A stretch of 54,347 nucleotides of DNA, taken from the sequence record DRR723986_10554. One strand, given 5' to 3'. The translations under genes were made by a program, and so were the position numbers. This document shows, piece after piece, positions 38,832-49,380 of this stretch. The notes beneath the pieces were generated by a model. It saw only the letters and a program-made list of their open reading frames with translations. It did not search any database and was not told where the DNA came from. The first letter of the stretch is position 1. Each line of letters starts with the position of its first letter.

Positions 38832-39855
38832 CCGTCTCAAACACCCGAGAACTGCTGCTCCCTTCAGGCTGGATCATCTTCTGAAGGAGCGCCAGGACCT
38901 TTTCAGGTGGCCCAAAACCTTCGAAGCTGACATTCATGCAATAACGGCCCACATTGGCGAAGCTGCCAGCGCAGGCGTACTGGCCGGGTTAGAAACGGAC
39001 CTTCAGGAAAAAGCCGAGAGAGCAGCGCGCACTGCTTTGAAACTTTCGGAAGGTGTCTCGGCTGTCTTCGGCCACAGTATTATCCAGCTCCTGGAGCAGG
39101 TTCTGATCACCCGATCCGAGAACCATCCAGTGGCGACCTTGAACAAGGATTTCTTCCTGTTCGACAAGACCTTGATGAAACTCGGTATCGCACAGGAGAA
39201 GTTCCCGACACTGGACGAGCTGATCAGGAATTCTCCTTCACATCACACTGTCCTGCTAAGTGCCCCGAACAATCCAACCACGCAGGATCTTTCACCCTGC
39301 GAACTGGCGGACCTGGTGAGTGCCAGAGAAGGACTGGTGCTCCTGGACGAGGCTTACGTGCTTTTCTCAAAAGCCCCAGAACACCGCCTCGCCTTTTTGA
39401 AGAAGCATCCCAGCCTGGTTCTTTTGCGCGGCACCTCAAAGAGCGGTCTCGCGGGTCTTGGACTTGGCTATATGCTTTGTAGCGAGACGACTGCTGTGGA
39501 GTTCCTCCAGTCGCGCGTGAGCAGTATGATAAGTGCCATTCAAGCCGCCATGGCGATACGCTTGTTCGGCAAATACGATGAGCTCCGGCGCATGGCATCC
39601 CGTCTCGCGGGCATGCGCGAAGACACCGGACGCAGGATCGCGCAGGAGACGCGATGCCATCCGGTTTCTGGCAGTTGCGACTTTCTTCTGATACGCACCG
39701 GACGCAGCGATTGCAGCGAAATCGTCCGCACGATGAATGACAGTGGAATACCCGCCCTCGCCTATGGTCCGCTGCCCGGCTATGAAGACGTGGTGAAACT
39801 GTTCCCCGCCGCTTTTGAGCGAGGCGACGACATCGTCAGGATCCTGTCTTCATAG
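38806..39855 (+). CDS. Divergent PLP-dependent class I/II aminotransferase (HisC/CobD-like)
   Basis: SAPNNPT, LLDEAY and LRGTSKSGLAGLGLGY (PLP Lys) motifs; 349 aa from the ATG at 38806. Confidence 0.8.
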   Translation: MNQFCSASNRLKHPRTAAPFRLDHLLKERQDLFRWPKTFEADIHAITAHIGEAASAGVLAGLETDLQEKAERAARTALKLSEGVSAVFGHSIIQLLEQVLITRSENHPVATLNKDFFLFDKTLMKLGIAQEKFPTLDELIRNSPSHHTVLLSAPNNPTTQDLSPCELADLVSAREGLVLLDEAYVLFSKAPEHRLAFLKKHPSLVLLRGTSKSGLAGLGLGYMLCSETTAVEFLQSRVSSMISAIQAAMAIRLFGKYDELRRMASRLAGMREDTGRRIAQETRCHPVSGSCDFLLIRTGRSDCSEIVRTMNDSGIPALAYGPLPGYEDVVKLFPAAFERGDDIVRILSS

Positions 39856-41023
39856 CAGCAAGCACGACATCGGCCGCAGCCCCGCGCTGGCTATGCCCGT
39901 CCGGCAATCGCATGACATCATCAAGCCTTTGCAGATGCTCGATCTGTTTCTGGCGTTCAGGACCGCTGTTCAGAAGCTCAACGAGATGGTTCGCCAGCAC
40001 CTTTGGCTGCACTTCCTCATCAAGGAACTCCGGGATGGCTTTTGTTCCCAGGATGATGTTTGGCAGGACAAAGGAATCAACGCTCGAGAATTTGAAGACC
40101 CGGTTGAGTTCCTTCATCCGTCTGAAAAACCAGTCGACCTTGTAGGCAACGACCATCGGAACGCCTGATAGAGCCAACTCAAGTGAAACAGTGCCGGACG
40201 CGGCCAAGGCTGCGTGGGCCTTTCTGAAGGCCGCCCGCTTGGCGTCCAGGCCGGTCACAATCTCGACCGGAACAGGCCAATGGGCCGTATCCTGCCGGAT
40301 CTTGTCTTCAAGGTGCGCGACTGCCGGCAGAATAACCTTGAGCCCGGGCAACTTTTCTTTGACGATCGCAACAGTCTTGGCGAAGTCGCCTAGCAACCTG
40401 TCAATTTCGCTTCGCCGGCTCCCCGGAAGCACAAGCAGGATCTTCTCCTCTGCCTCTACAGGCGCTCTTTCACCAGTTGAAGGACGCAGTTCGGAAGCGA
40501 TTTCACTCAAGGGATGGCCGACGTAATGGGTGCGCGGGCCACCGAGCTTGCGGTGCACATCAGGTTCAAACGGCAACAAGGCCAGAAGGTCGTCGACGTA
40601 GACGCTCATCTTGCGGGCCCGGCCTGGACGCCAGGCCCAGACAGAAGGCGAAACATAACCGACGATGGGTATGTGAGGCGCGCGCTTGCGCACGCGCTTG
40701 GCAACGTTATGCGTGAAGTCCGGACTGTCGACAATAACCAGAATATCCGGATTGGCCGCCACCACGGCATCCACGGTCTGGTAGACCCGCCTGATGATCA
40801 ACGGCAATCTGGCGAGGACTGCCGTCAACCCCATGACGGAAACATCATACATGTCAAAGAAGCTTTTGAGGCCCAGAGACATCATCCGTTCGCCGCCAAC
40901 ACCGCAGTAAAGAACACCTACGCCCAACCGTTCGTTGAGCGCTTTCATCAATTCCGACCCGAGCTGGTCACCAGATTCTTCGCCTGCAACCAGGCAAATC
41001 GTGGGCATTTTTCCTGTCATCAC
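39836..41023 (-). CDS. lpxB: Lipid-A-disaccharide synthase
   Basis: VAGEESGD.LG, DSPDF, YVSPSVWAWR, LPFE, LPGSR.SE and ASGTVSLELA. Confidence 0.98.
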   Translation of the reverse strand: MMTGKMPTICLVAGEESGDQLGSELMKALNERLGVGVLYCGVGGERMMSLGLKSFFDMYDVSVMGLTAVLARLPLIIRRVYQTVDAVVAANPDILVIVDSPDFTHNVAKRVRKRAPHIPIVGYVSPSVWAWRPGRARKMSVYVDDLLALLPFEPDVHRKLGGPRTHYVGHPLSEIASELRPSTGERAPVEAEEKILLVLPGSRRSEIDRLLGDFAKTVAIVKEKLPGLKVILPAVAHLEDKIRQDTAHWPVPVEIVTGLDAKRAAFRKAHAALAASGTVSLELALSGVPMVVAYKVDWFFRRMKELNRVFKFSSVDSFVLPNIILGTKAIPEFLDEEVQPKVLANHLVELLNSGPERQKQIEHLQRLDDVMRLPDGHSQRGAAADVVLAAMKTGS

Positions 41024-41925
41024 GAACGCTCGTCCGATTGTCCCTTTGAGGTGACCCCGAACCTGGTGCCGTGCTCTATACCGATGACAAAAAGGCCGGC
41101 ATTATCCGCCTTCTTGAGAGTCTCTTCTTTTTCCGCGATCAGTGCGCCACTCGCCTCAACTGCAATGCCGGCAAGGCCTGCTGCAGCAGCGAGGTCAATA
41201 GTCATGGGGCCGACGGTTGGAAGATCCACCCGCAAATCCTGGTTCGGCTTTGCTGTCTTTACCAAGACACCCGCGCGGCCTTTGGAACGGATCCTGCCAA
41301 TGCGCTTGAGCTCCGCGCAGCGCTGCAGCATGGCGTCGGTCCCTTCTGCACCCTCAAGCGCAACGACCCGCCCACCAACAGCAATCGCCGCCTGACCGAT
41401 ATCGAGTTCACCGAGCTTTTCCGTCGCCCGCAAGGCCAACTCAGCGTCCCGCCAGTCTCCCTGGTTCGGCTGAACTTTGCCAAGCACACCACTTGAGGCA
41501 AGCAGTTGCGGCGCCACATCCTTGATCCCCACAACGCGATACCCCTCAACTTCAAACAGCCGGATCACCTTGGTCAACAGACTGTCATCACCGCCGGCCA
41601 GTGCCCGGATAATCGTCGGCAATCGCTTCAAGGTGCCCAAATCGCCAAGTATTGACGTGAAATCAGGGCGCCTGGAGACACCTCCGATCAGAAGCACATC
41701 CCGGCACCCCGTCTTTTTCAGAAATTTGTAAAGCCGGCCGATTTCACCCCAGCCGAGTTCGGTATCGGCCTGCGCACGCGTGCGTTCATCAGCCTCGCCC
41801 TTGATGGCGATAATCCTGAATTCACGTCCGGCGCTGTTGAGCGCATCAGCGATCTGACAGGGCAGACTGCCATTGCCTGCGATCAGGGCAAGGCGTGGCT
41901 TCAGTCCGGGATCCGCCCTGTTCAT
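41020..41925 (-). CDS. lpxI: UDP-2,3-diacylglucosamine diphosphatase LpxI
   Basis: IAGNG.LP, GGDD.LL, DIGQA, EG.EGTD and KP.QDLR.DLPTVG; lies between lpxA and lpxB. Confidence 0.95.
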   Translation of the reverse strand: MNRADPGLKPRLALIAGNGSLPCQIADALNSAGREFRIIAIKGEADERTRAQADTELGWGEIGRLYKFLKKTGCRDVLLIGGVSRRPDFTSILGDLGTLKRLPTIIRALAGGDDSLLTKVIRLFEVEGYRVVGIKDVAPQLLASSGVLGKVQPNQGDWRDAELALRATEKLGELDIGQAAIAVGGRVVALEGAEGTDAMLQRCAELKRIGRIRSKGRAGVLVKTAKPNQDLRVDLPTVGPMTIDLAAAAGLAGIAVEASGALIAEKEETLKKADNAGLFVIGIEHGTRFGVTSKGQSDERS

Positions 41926-41928
41926 CCG

Positions 41929-42726
41929 TCAGTCTTCGCTGCGCGGTGTGCAGAACCGGCGGTCTTCCTTTTCAAGGATGAAGTCGGTAACCGTCTTGAC
42001 CAGGGGCTGATCGGCACCTTCTGCAGCAACAGCTTCCGCCCGGCTGCGCAAGGTTCCTTCGGTGCTCTCAAACAGCGCGCGATAAGCTGCCCGCAAAGCG
42101 TGGATCTGCTCCCGAGGCAAGCCCTTGCGCTTGAGACCAACCAGATTGAGACCGGCAAGACGTGCGCGGTCACCGATCACGGAACCATAGGGAATGACGT
42201 CGAACTCGACCCCGGTCATCCCGCCGACAATCGCACCGGTACCAACACGAGACCATTGCCGGACCGCACTCAAGCCGCCCAGAATGACGAAGTCGTCAAG
42301 CTCGACGTGACCTGCAAGCGTGGCGTTGTTCGCCAGAATTGCGTGATTGCCGACCTGACAATCGTGGCCGACATGCGAGCTCATCATGAACAGGCAATTG
42401 TCACCGACCCTGGTATAGCCACCGCCACCTTCCGTACCGGGGCTCATGGTGACATGTTCACGGATCTGATTGTTGGCGCCGATTTCCAGAAAGCTCACTT
42501 CACCCGCGAACTTGAGATCTTGTGGCTTGTGACCAATGCTGGCGAAGGGAAAGATATGCGTTTTGGCACCCACACTCGTGTGGCCCGTGACGACGACATG
42601 CGATTCCAGGATAACTCCGTCAGCAAGTTTCACGTTCGGGCCAACTGTAGAATAAGGCCCGATTCGAACGCCCTCGCCGATTACGGCCCCGTCTTCGACT
42701 ATGGCCGTTGGATGTATGTCAGTCAT
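41929..42726 (-). CDS. lpxA: UDP-N-acetylglucosamine O-acyltransferase
   Basis: IHPTAIV hexapeptide repeats, PQDLK, HVGHDC, LAGHV and GLN.VGLKR. Confidence 0.98.
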   Translation of the reverse strand: MTDIHPTAIVEDGAVIGEGVRIGPYSTVGPNVKLADGVILESHVVVTGHTSVGAKTHIFPFASIGHKPQDLKFAGEVSFLEIGANNQIREHVTMSPGTEGGGGYTRVGDNCLFMMSSHVGHDCQVGNHAILANNATLAGHVELDDFVILGGLSAVRQWSRVGTGAIVGGMTGVEFDVIPYGSVIGDRARLAGLNLVGLKRKGLPREQIHALRAAYRALFESTEGTLRSRAEAVAAEGADQPLVKTVTDFILEKEDRRFCTPRSED

Positions 42727-42732
42727 ATTTCC

Positions 42733-43197
42733 TCACGCATCTACCAGCATGGCGCTGACTTCAGCTTCTGCGACCTTGTTGCCATCTACCTTGGCAACGG
42801 CGTCGAACTTCCAGATGTTGGAGCGTTGCTTGATCTTCTTGACGTGGAAATGAACCTGATCACCAGGCTCAACAGGCCGGCGGAACTTCGCCTTGTCGAT
42901 GGTCATGAAATAGACAAGCTGCGGCGGCGCATCGTCACCACGGGCATGAACGCAAAGGGCCCCGGCGGTCTGTGCCATGGCTTCGATCAGAAGAACACCC
43001 GGGAAAACGGGCCGCTCCGGAAAATGTCCGGTGAAGTGCGGTTCGTTGATGGTGACGTTCTTGATGCCGATGCAGCTGTTGTCGCCATCCATCTCGATGA
43101 TCTTGTCGATCAGAAGAAAAGGATACCTGTGCGGCAGCAGCTTCATGATCCGCATGATGTCTGCGCTGGCAAGTGTTTTGTTTTCTGCGTCTTCCAT
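42733..43197 (-). CDS. fabZ: 3-hydroxyacyl-ACP dehydratase
   Basis: [11 protein letters not shown] and F.GHFP..PVFPGVL.IEAMAQ. Confidence 0.98.
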   Translation of the reverse strand: MEDAENKTLASADIMRIMKLLPHRYPFLLIDKIIEMDGDNSCIGIKNVTINEPHFTGHFPERPVFPGVLLIEAMAQTAGALCVHARGDDAPPQLVYFMTIDKAKFRRPVEPGDQVHFHVKKIKQRSNIWKFDAVAKVDGNKVAEAEVSAMLVDA

Positions 43198-43246
43198 ATA
43201 ATACCCCTTGGCGAATTACCGCCGCAAAGTCCTGTTTGTATTCCGT

Positions 43247-44284
43247 TTACGATCCGCCGCCACGCTCTGCAAGCTTTCTGACGGCAGCGACTTCACGGAA
43301 CCACTGTTTGACCGGCTTTGCGGGCGTGCCGCCGTAGCGTCCCCCGGCAGGCAAATCATCGTTGACTACGCTTACCGCGGCCACCTGCGACCCCATGCCG
43401 ATCGTTACGTGACCACGCACACCGGTTTGCCCGCCAATGGCGACGAAATCCTCGAGCGTGCAGCTTCCGGAAAGACCGACCTGAGAAACGATCACGCAGT
43501 GACGTCCGATCACGACATTGTGGCCAATCTGAACCTGGTTATCGATCTTCGTGCCTTCGCCGATGATGGTATCCCGGTTTGCGCCACGATCGATGGTCGT
43601 GTTGGCGCCGATTTCAACGTCGTCCTGAATAATCACGCGGCCAACCTGGGGCACCTTGAGATGACCCATCGGCCCCATCGCATAGCCAAAGCCATCCTGG
43701 CCGCAGCAAACGCCAGGATGCATATAGACGCGGTTGCCAAGCACGGTGTGCTGAACCGTGCAATTCGAACCGATCACACAGTCCCGGCCAATCTTGACGC
43801 CCTGTCCGATGACAGCGTTGGCCCGGATCACAGTGCCCGCACCGATCTCTGCCCCCGCACCGATCACGACACCAGGTTCGACCGTGACATTGTCTTCCAG
43901 CGACGCAGCCGGATCGATTACAGCCCGTTCTGAAATGACTGCGGCGCCAGGTTCTACCGGAACCATGGCTGCAGGATAAAGTTTGGCGAGAACCTTCGCC
44001 CAGGAGCGATAGGCATCTGAACATACAAGAACAGCAACGCCCTCCGGCACCTTGTCCTTGTGTTTCCGGTTGACCAGGCATGCAGCTGCCGTGGTCCCGT
44101 CCAGTTGTTTCAGGTAAGCGGTGTTGTCGAAGAACACCAGAGCACCGGGCGTGGCATCTTCCAATGGCGCTACACCTGTTATTTCCAGGGTAGGTTCGCC
44201 GCGAGCGATCTCAGCTTCCGCCCACGCTGCGATGTCTGAAAGAGAGACCGGAGCCGGAGACTCAAAAAATTTTGGCTCGGACAT
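43247..44284 (-). CDS. lpxD: UDP-3-O-acylglucosamine N-acyltransferase
   Basis: Hexapeptide repeats, DGFGY, KVPQ.G.V, TTIDRG and [11 protein letters not shown]. Confidence 0.98.
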   Translation of the reverse strand: MSEPKFFESPAPVSLSDIAAWAEAEIARGEPTLEITGVAPLEDATPGALVFFDNTAYLKQLDGTTAAACLVNRKHKDKVPEGVAVLVCSDAYRSWAKVLAKLYPAAMVPVEPGAAVISERAVIDPAASLEDNVTVEPGVVIGAGAEIGAGTVIRANAVIGQGVKIGRDCVIGSNCTVQHTVLGNRVYMHPGVCCGQDGFGYAMGPMGHLKVPQVGRVIIQDDVEIGANTTIDRGANRDTIIGEGTKIDNQVQIGHNVVIGRHCVIVSQVGLSGSCTLEDFVAIGGQTGVRGHVTIGMGSQVAAVSVVNDDLPAGGRYGGTPAKPVKQWFREVAAVRKLAERGGGS

Positions 44285-44309
44285 GATGTTATCCTTCTTG
44301 CCAGCCAAC

Positions 44310-44345
44310 AAAAACGGCCGCCGAACGTGTCGGCGGCCGTTTTTT
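44310..44345. terminator. Bidirectional terminator-like hairpin between bamA and lpxD
   Basis: AAAAACGGCCGCCGA-ACGTG-TCGGCGGCCGTTTTT perfect inverted repeat. Confidence 0.85.
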
Positions 44346-44363
44346 ATCCTATGTGACCGCAGT

Positions 44364-46745
44364 TTAGAAGCGGGTACCGCCGCTCAACCGGAAAATCTGC
44401 GTTTTGTCGGAGTCGTCTTTGACGATCGGGTAAGCAAAGTCTGCCCGCAGAGGTCCGAATGGAGAGTTCCAGCGGATACCTGCACCAACCGACGCACGAA
44501 CGTTGAAGTCGTTCGAGTCGATCTGGCCACCGTTGGTTTCCACCAGGTTCACCAGGCTGCTGTCGGCATCCCACAGCGAACCGGCATCGGCAAACACTGC
44601 ACCACTCAGGCCGAATTCCTTCGGGATGACCGGGAACGGGAACCGGGTTTCGGCAGTTGCCGCGAAGTAGAACCGACCACCGATTGCGTCTTCGGTCGTT
44701 GCGTCACGCGGGCCGATACCCTGGTTCTCAAAACCACGAACGAGAGTGCCACCAAGCATGAACTGTTCGGACACACGCAGACGCTCATCACCAAGGGCCA
44801 TGATGTTACCACCACGCACCGACAGGCTACCGATCAGACCGTAGTCAGCCAGGATTTCCTTGTAGGCGCGAGCCTGAGCTTCGGTCTTGATGTAGAAGCT
44901 GTCGCCACCCAGACCAGCAATTTCCTGACCGAAGGAAGCATAGATACCGTCGGAGGGATCCAGGATCCGGTCGAGCGTGTTGTAACGCAGCTCGTAGCCA
45001 ACCAGAGACGTCAGGTAGGTGCCGAGGGAGTCACAGACCGCCAGGGAAAGGCTTGCGGTGTCACAGTTGTTGATGTTGGTCGAGTTGTTGTCCGGATCGG
45101 AGTTCTTCTCCTGGAAGATGTTGTAGAACAGACGGACAGTCAGCTCATCTTCCCGAAGCGGCAGAGTGAAACCGAACCCGCCACCGGTCTTCTTCTGATC
45201 GAAGGAACGGTAGTCGTTGGCATCATCCACCTTGCGATAGAGGTCCAGATCCAGGGCAACACGGCGTCCCATGAAGAACGGTTCAACGAAACGGAACTCG
45301 TAGGACTGGGTGTCCGTACCGCCGCCAACAGCGAGCTTCACGAACTGGCCACGGCCCAGGAAGTTCTTCTCGGTCAGCGAAATGTCACCAATGACACCGT
45401 CAACCGTCGAATAACCGACACCGAAGGAGATTTCACCAGTCGGCTTTTCTTCGACTCGAACGTTCACGACCACGCGATCAGGTGCACTGCCCTGCTGCGT
45501 CGTGATGGAAACCTTCTCGAAGAACCCGAGATTGCGCAGACGGCGTTCCGCCTTGTCGACAAGCGCACGGTTGAACGCATCGCCTTCAGCAATGTCGAAC
45601 TCGCGGCGAATGACATACTCACGGGTACGGTCGTTGCCGATCACGTTGATCCGCTCGATGTAGGCGCGAGGACCTTCTTCGATGTAGTAGATCAGGGAGA
45701 TCGTGTTGTTGTCGTAGTCACGAGCACCACGCGGACGGACACGAGCAAAGGCATAACCTTCTTCCGACACGCGAAGCGTGATGTCTTCGACAGACTGCTC
45801 GACGCGCAGCGAGTTGAAGGTCTGACCACTCTTGGTACGAATCAGGCGGCGAAGATCTTCCGGATCAACGTCGGCAATCGTGGAAACGATCTCGACATCG
45901 CCAATCTCGTACTTCTCGCCCTCTTCCACCGTGAAAGTCACGTAGAAGATGTTCTGCTCGCGATCGAGGTCTGCGCTGGTGGAGACGATACGGAAGTCCG
46001 CATAGCCCTTCTTGTTGTAGTACTGACGCAGCAACTCCTCGTCCGCAGCCAAACGGTCCGGATCATAGGTATCGGTGCTGCGCAGCCAGCTCAGAAGGCC
46101 GCTTTCGCGTGTACGGATGACATCGCGCAGGCGGCCGTCGCTGAATGCGGAGTTGCCGATGAAGCTGATCCGCTCGACGCCGGTCTTCGCACCTTCGTTG
46201 ATCTCGAAAACGAGATCGACACGGTTCTGACCACGATCGATGATCTGCGGCTCGACGGACGCGCCATAGCGACCGGAGCGACGATAAGCTTCAAGAATGT
46301 TCTGTACGTCAGCCTGAACCTTGGCACGGGACAGCATCGAGCGCGGCTGAGACCGTACGGCGGTTTCCAGCGCGCTGTCCTTGATCTTCCGGTTACCTTC
46401 GAAAGAGACCCTGTTGATGATCGGGTTCTCGGTAACCGTCACAACGACAACGCTGCCACGCGGGGTGATGTCGACCGTTGCAAAAAGGCCGGTTGCGTAG
46501 AGCGCCTTCAGTGACTCGTCGACATCGAACGCGCTGTAGGAGCGTCCGGGAACGATGGTCATGTAACTGACAACGGTTTCATCCTCGACACGGGTATTGC
46601 CACGCACGTCAATGCTTCTGGCCACCGCCGCCTGTGCCTGTGAAACCAGGGACACCGGCCCGAAAGCTTTCGGCAAAACCGTCCCGATCGAAAATACGGC
46701 AACCGCCAACAGTACGGCCCGTGTAAGTCTCTGCAATCGCTGCAT
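44364..46745 (-). CDS. bamA: Outer membrane protein assembly factor BamA
   Basis: POTRA repeats, VRGF motif, W.SPFGPLR.D.A and terminal Phe. Confidence 0.98.
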   Translation of the reverse strand: MQRLQRLTRAVLLAVAVFSIGTVLPKAFGPVSLVSQAQAAVARSIDVRGNTRVEDETVVSYMTIVPGRSYSAFDVDESLKALYATGLFATVDITPRGSVVVVTVTENPIINRVSFEGNRKIKDSALETAVRSQPRSMLSRAKVQADVQNILEAYRRSGRYGASVEPQIIDRGQNRVDLVFEINEGAKTGVERISFIGNSAFSDGRLRDVIRTRESGLLSWLRSTDTYDPDRLAADEELLRQYYNKKGYADFRIVSTSADLDREQNIFYVTFTVEEGEKYEIGDVEIVSTIADVDPEDLRRLIRTKSGQTFNSLRVEQSVEDITLRVSEEGYAFARVRPRGARDYDNNTISLIYYIEEGPRAYIERINVIGNDRTREYVIRREFDIAEGDAFNRALVDKAERRLRNLGFFEKVSITTQQGSAPDRVVVNVRVEEKPTGEISFGVGYSTVDGVIGDISLTEKNFLGRGQFVKLAVGGGTDTQSYEFRFVEPFFMGRRVALDLDLYRKVDDANDYRSFDQKKTGGGFGFTLPLREDELTVRLFYNIFQEKNSDPDNNSTNINNCDTASLSLAVCDSLGTYLTSLVGYELRYNTLDRILDPSDGIYASFGQEIAGLGGDSFYIKTEAQARAYKEILADYGLIGSLSVRGGNIMALGDERLRVSEQFMLGGTLVRGFENQGIGPRDATTEDAIGGRFYFAATAETRFPFPVIPKEFGLSGAVFADAGSLWDADSSLVNLVETNGGQIDSNDFNVRASVGAGIRWNSPFGPLRADFAYPIVKDDSDKTQIFRLSGGTRF

Positions 46746-46909
46746 TATTGCGCTATGCCTTTGTTTTTAATACCCCTCCCGAGAATCCGCACTCACCCCA
46801 GCAGATTCTCGGAACCGACGAGTGTTTTATAGGTTTTTACCGATAACGCAACCGCCCTTCCGGGCGGAAAGCGATTTAGTCTGAAGACGTTGCGTCAATG
46901 TCACGGGTG

Positions 46910-48052
46910 TCATGAATTGGTTCCCACGAGCCGCATGATATCCTTCCATGTGACGAACACCATCAGCATGAGAACAAGTCCCAGACCGATCCGGAAACCA
47001 ACGTCCTGCACCCTTTCGCTGAGCGGTTTGCCACGCAGGGCTTCTGCGGCGAAGTAAACGAGGTGTCCACCATCGAGAATCGGCACCGGCGCCAGGTTGA
47101 TCAGACCGATGCTGACAGAAAGTACGGCCGCCAGAGAAATGAGCGGAAGGAACCCGAGATCTGCGACCTGCCCGGAGATCTGGGCCACGCGGATCGGACC
47201 ACCAAGCTGGTCCGCCGACTGCCGCTGGGAAATGATGCCCCAGATATAGCTGACCGTGCTTTCGATGATGCGCCAGGTTTCCGCAGTTCCTTCAAGAGCC
47301 GCTTCGCCAAGCCCGTATTTGATGTGAATGAGATGAGACGGATCCGACACGCCGCGAAGACTGATATCGCCGGCCACCTGCCTCTCACCGAAAAAGACTT
47401 CTTTCTCCTTCGCGTCGGGCGTAACGGTCAAAGTGACGTCTTGCCCGCCCCGTTCGACTTCGAAAACGAGAGGCGTGTTGGCATTCATCAGGACGATCTG
47501 ACGCATCTCGCCGAACGTCTGGATAGGCCTGCCGTCAATTTCCTTCACGATATCGCCGGCCAGAAGCCCGTCGCGCTCGGCTGCACCGCCCGCAAAAACC
47601 TGTTCGACGACAGGCTCGAAACCCTGTTTGCCGGAGGTTACGAAGAGAGCGGTAAAGATCACGATCGCGAGAAGGAAGTTGGCGATGGGCCCCGCGGCCA
47701 CAACGGCCATGCGTTGCCAGACCGGTTTGGCGATGAATGCCGTTTTCCGGTCCTCTTCGCTCATCTGCGCAATCGCCTCACGGCTTGGTACGCTTGCCGC
47801 ATTTTCATCGCCGGCGAACTTGACGTAGCCACCAAGCGGAATCCAGCAGAGTTTCCAACGAGTTCCCTTCCGGTCATTAAAACCGAAAAGCTCACGCCCG
47901 AAGCCGACGGAAAAAGCATCCACCTTTACGTTGCACCAACGAGCCACAGCGAAATGGCCGAGCTCATGGAAGAAGACGACGATTGTAAGCACAAAAAGAA
48001 AGGGAATGATTGTGCCGACTATCAGGGAATAGGCGGAAACGAGAAGGTCCAT
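46910..48052 (-). CDS. rseP: RIP metalloprotease RseP
   Basis: HELGH, PLGGYVK, AGPIAN, PDZ domain and NL.P.PILDGGH. Confidence 0.97.
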   Translation of the reverse strand: MDLLVSAYSLIVGTIIPFLFVLTIVVFFHELGHFAVARWCNVKVDAFSVGFGRELFGFNDRKGTRWKLCWIPLGGYVKFAGDENAASVPSREAIAQMSEEDRKTAFIAKPVWQRMAVVAAGPIANFLLAIVIFTALFVTSGKQGFEPVVEQVFAGGAAERDGLLAGDIVKEIDGRPIQTFGEMRQIVLMNANTPLVFEVERGGQDVTLTVTPDAKEKEVFFGERQVAGDISLRGVSDPSHLIHIKYGLGEAALEGTAETWRIIESTVSYIWGIISQRQSADQLGGPIRVAQISGQVADLGFLPLISLAAVLSVSIGLINLAPVPILDGGHLVYFAAEALRGKPLSERVQDVGFRIGLGLVLMLMVFVTWKDIMRLVGTNS

Positions 48053-48164
48053 GAACTGTGTCCGATCCTGCGCAGCTAGGATTGTTTTGAAGGATTGTAC
48101 TAAAAAGAAAATTACGGCGTGTTAATGGTGGGAGACCAAAAATTCAGGGCCTTCAACACCCCGA

Positions 48165-49364
48165 TTACCGTGTTCTTATCCATTCACCAGTCTTCTGCCG
48201 TGCTTCTGCGTCGATGGCAAGAACATCCTCGACGCCGGCAGCGTCCGTCAGCTTGCCGCCTGCCCCCATCGCATCCAGCACCTCTTCAATGGCAGCCGGA
48301 ATGTCCATGAAGCCGATCCGGCCCTTCAGAAAAGCGTCCACGGCAACCTCATCTGCAGCGTTAAGCACAGCCGGTGCCATTCCCCCTGCCCGCATGGCTT
48401 CCAGTGCAAGACGGAGCGCCGGGAACCGGTCGAGATCCGGGGCTTCAAAAGTGAGTGTGCCGAGTTCGGCCAGATCCAGACGTTTCACCGGAACGTTCAT
48501 CCGGCGGGGAAAGGCAAGGCAGTGGGCGATCGGCGTGCGCATGTCCGGACTACCGAGTTGAGCCAGCAGGGATCCGTCCTTGTATTGCACAAGTCCGTGA
48601 ACCGTCGATTGCGGATGGACCAGCACGCCAAGCTGATCGTGGGCAACCGGAAAAAGATGGGACGCTTCGATAACCTCGAAGCCCTTGTTCATCATCGTTG
48701 CGCTGTCGATCGTAATGCGTGCGCCCATATCCCAGTTGGGATGCTTGAGCGCCTGCTGCGGAGTTACCCGTGCCATGTCGGCTTTCGAGACACTCCTGAA
48801 CGGTCCGCCCGACGCCGTCAGAATAACCTTCTCGACCATGTCGGCCTTGTCGGTTTCAAAAACCTGAAAGATGGCATTGTGCTCGCTGTCGACGGGCAGG
48901 AGTTCCGCCTCGGTCGCGCGGATCTTGGCCATGAACAGATCACCTGCACAAACCAGGCATTCCTTGTTGGCAAGTGCAATGCGGCGTCCTGGCCGGATCG
49001 CGGCCATGGTCGGCTTCAATCCCGCTGACCCTACAATGGCACCGACGACAATATCCGTATCCTGCGTGACCGCTTCCAGAACGGCAGCCTCACCGGCTCC
49101 CGTTGCAATGCCGCTGCCGGCAAGCCGCTCCTTGAGCTCCGGATAACAGGTTTCCTCGGCAAGGATCGCGGAACCGGTCTTTAGCGCTTTTGCCATGTCG
49201 GCGAGGCCTGCGGCGTTCCGGTTCGCAACCAGCGCGACGACTTCATAGCTGTCCGGATTTCTTTGAATGAGATCCGCCAAGCTCTGGCCGATGGACCCAG
49301 TGGCCCCTAGAACAGTTATCCGGGTTTTCGCGCCAGGGTCGCGGGCTGCAGAGGCAGCTGCCAT
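48165..49364 (-). CDS. dxr: 1-deoxy-D-xylulose-5-phosphate reductoisomerase
   Basis: LGATGSIG, LANKE, PVDSEH, TASGGPF and HPNWDMG..ITIDSATMMNKG.E. Confidence 0.98.
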   Translation of the reverse strand: MAAASAARDPGAKTRITVLGATGSIGQSLADLIQRNPDSYEVVALVANRNAAGLADMAKALKTGSAILAEETCYPELKERLAGSGIATGAGEAAVLEAVTQDTDIVVGAIVGSAGLKPTMAAIRPGRRIALANKECLVCAGDLFMAKIRATEAELLPVDSEHNAIFQVFETDKADMVEKVILTASGGPFRSVSKADMARVTPQQALKHPNWDMGARITIDSATMMNKGFEVIEASHLFPVAHDQLGVLVHPQSTVHGLVQYKDGSLLAQLGSPDMRTPIAHCLAFPRRMNVPVKRLDLAELGTLTFEAPDLDRFPALRLALEAMRAGGMAPAVLNAADEVAVDAFLKGRIGFMDIPAAIEEVLDAMGAGGKLTDAAGVEDVLAIDAEARQKTGEWIRTR

Positions 49365-49380
49365 GCCTGTTACTCCAAAT

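Noticed and set aside
44285..44363. No skp/ompH between bamA and lpxD
   Set aside because: Commonly absent at this position in Rhizobiales; not unusual.
44121..46514. 797-aa plus-strand ORF antisense to bamA
   Set aside because: Mirror frame of a strongly codon-biased GC-rich gene; no recognisable motifs.
48111..48125. Possible CtrA site upstream of rseP (also TTAA half-sites near 35962 and 36081)
   Set aside because: None matches TTAA-N7-TTAA exactly; too weak to call.
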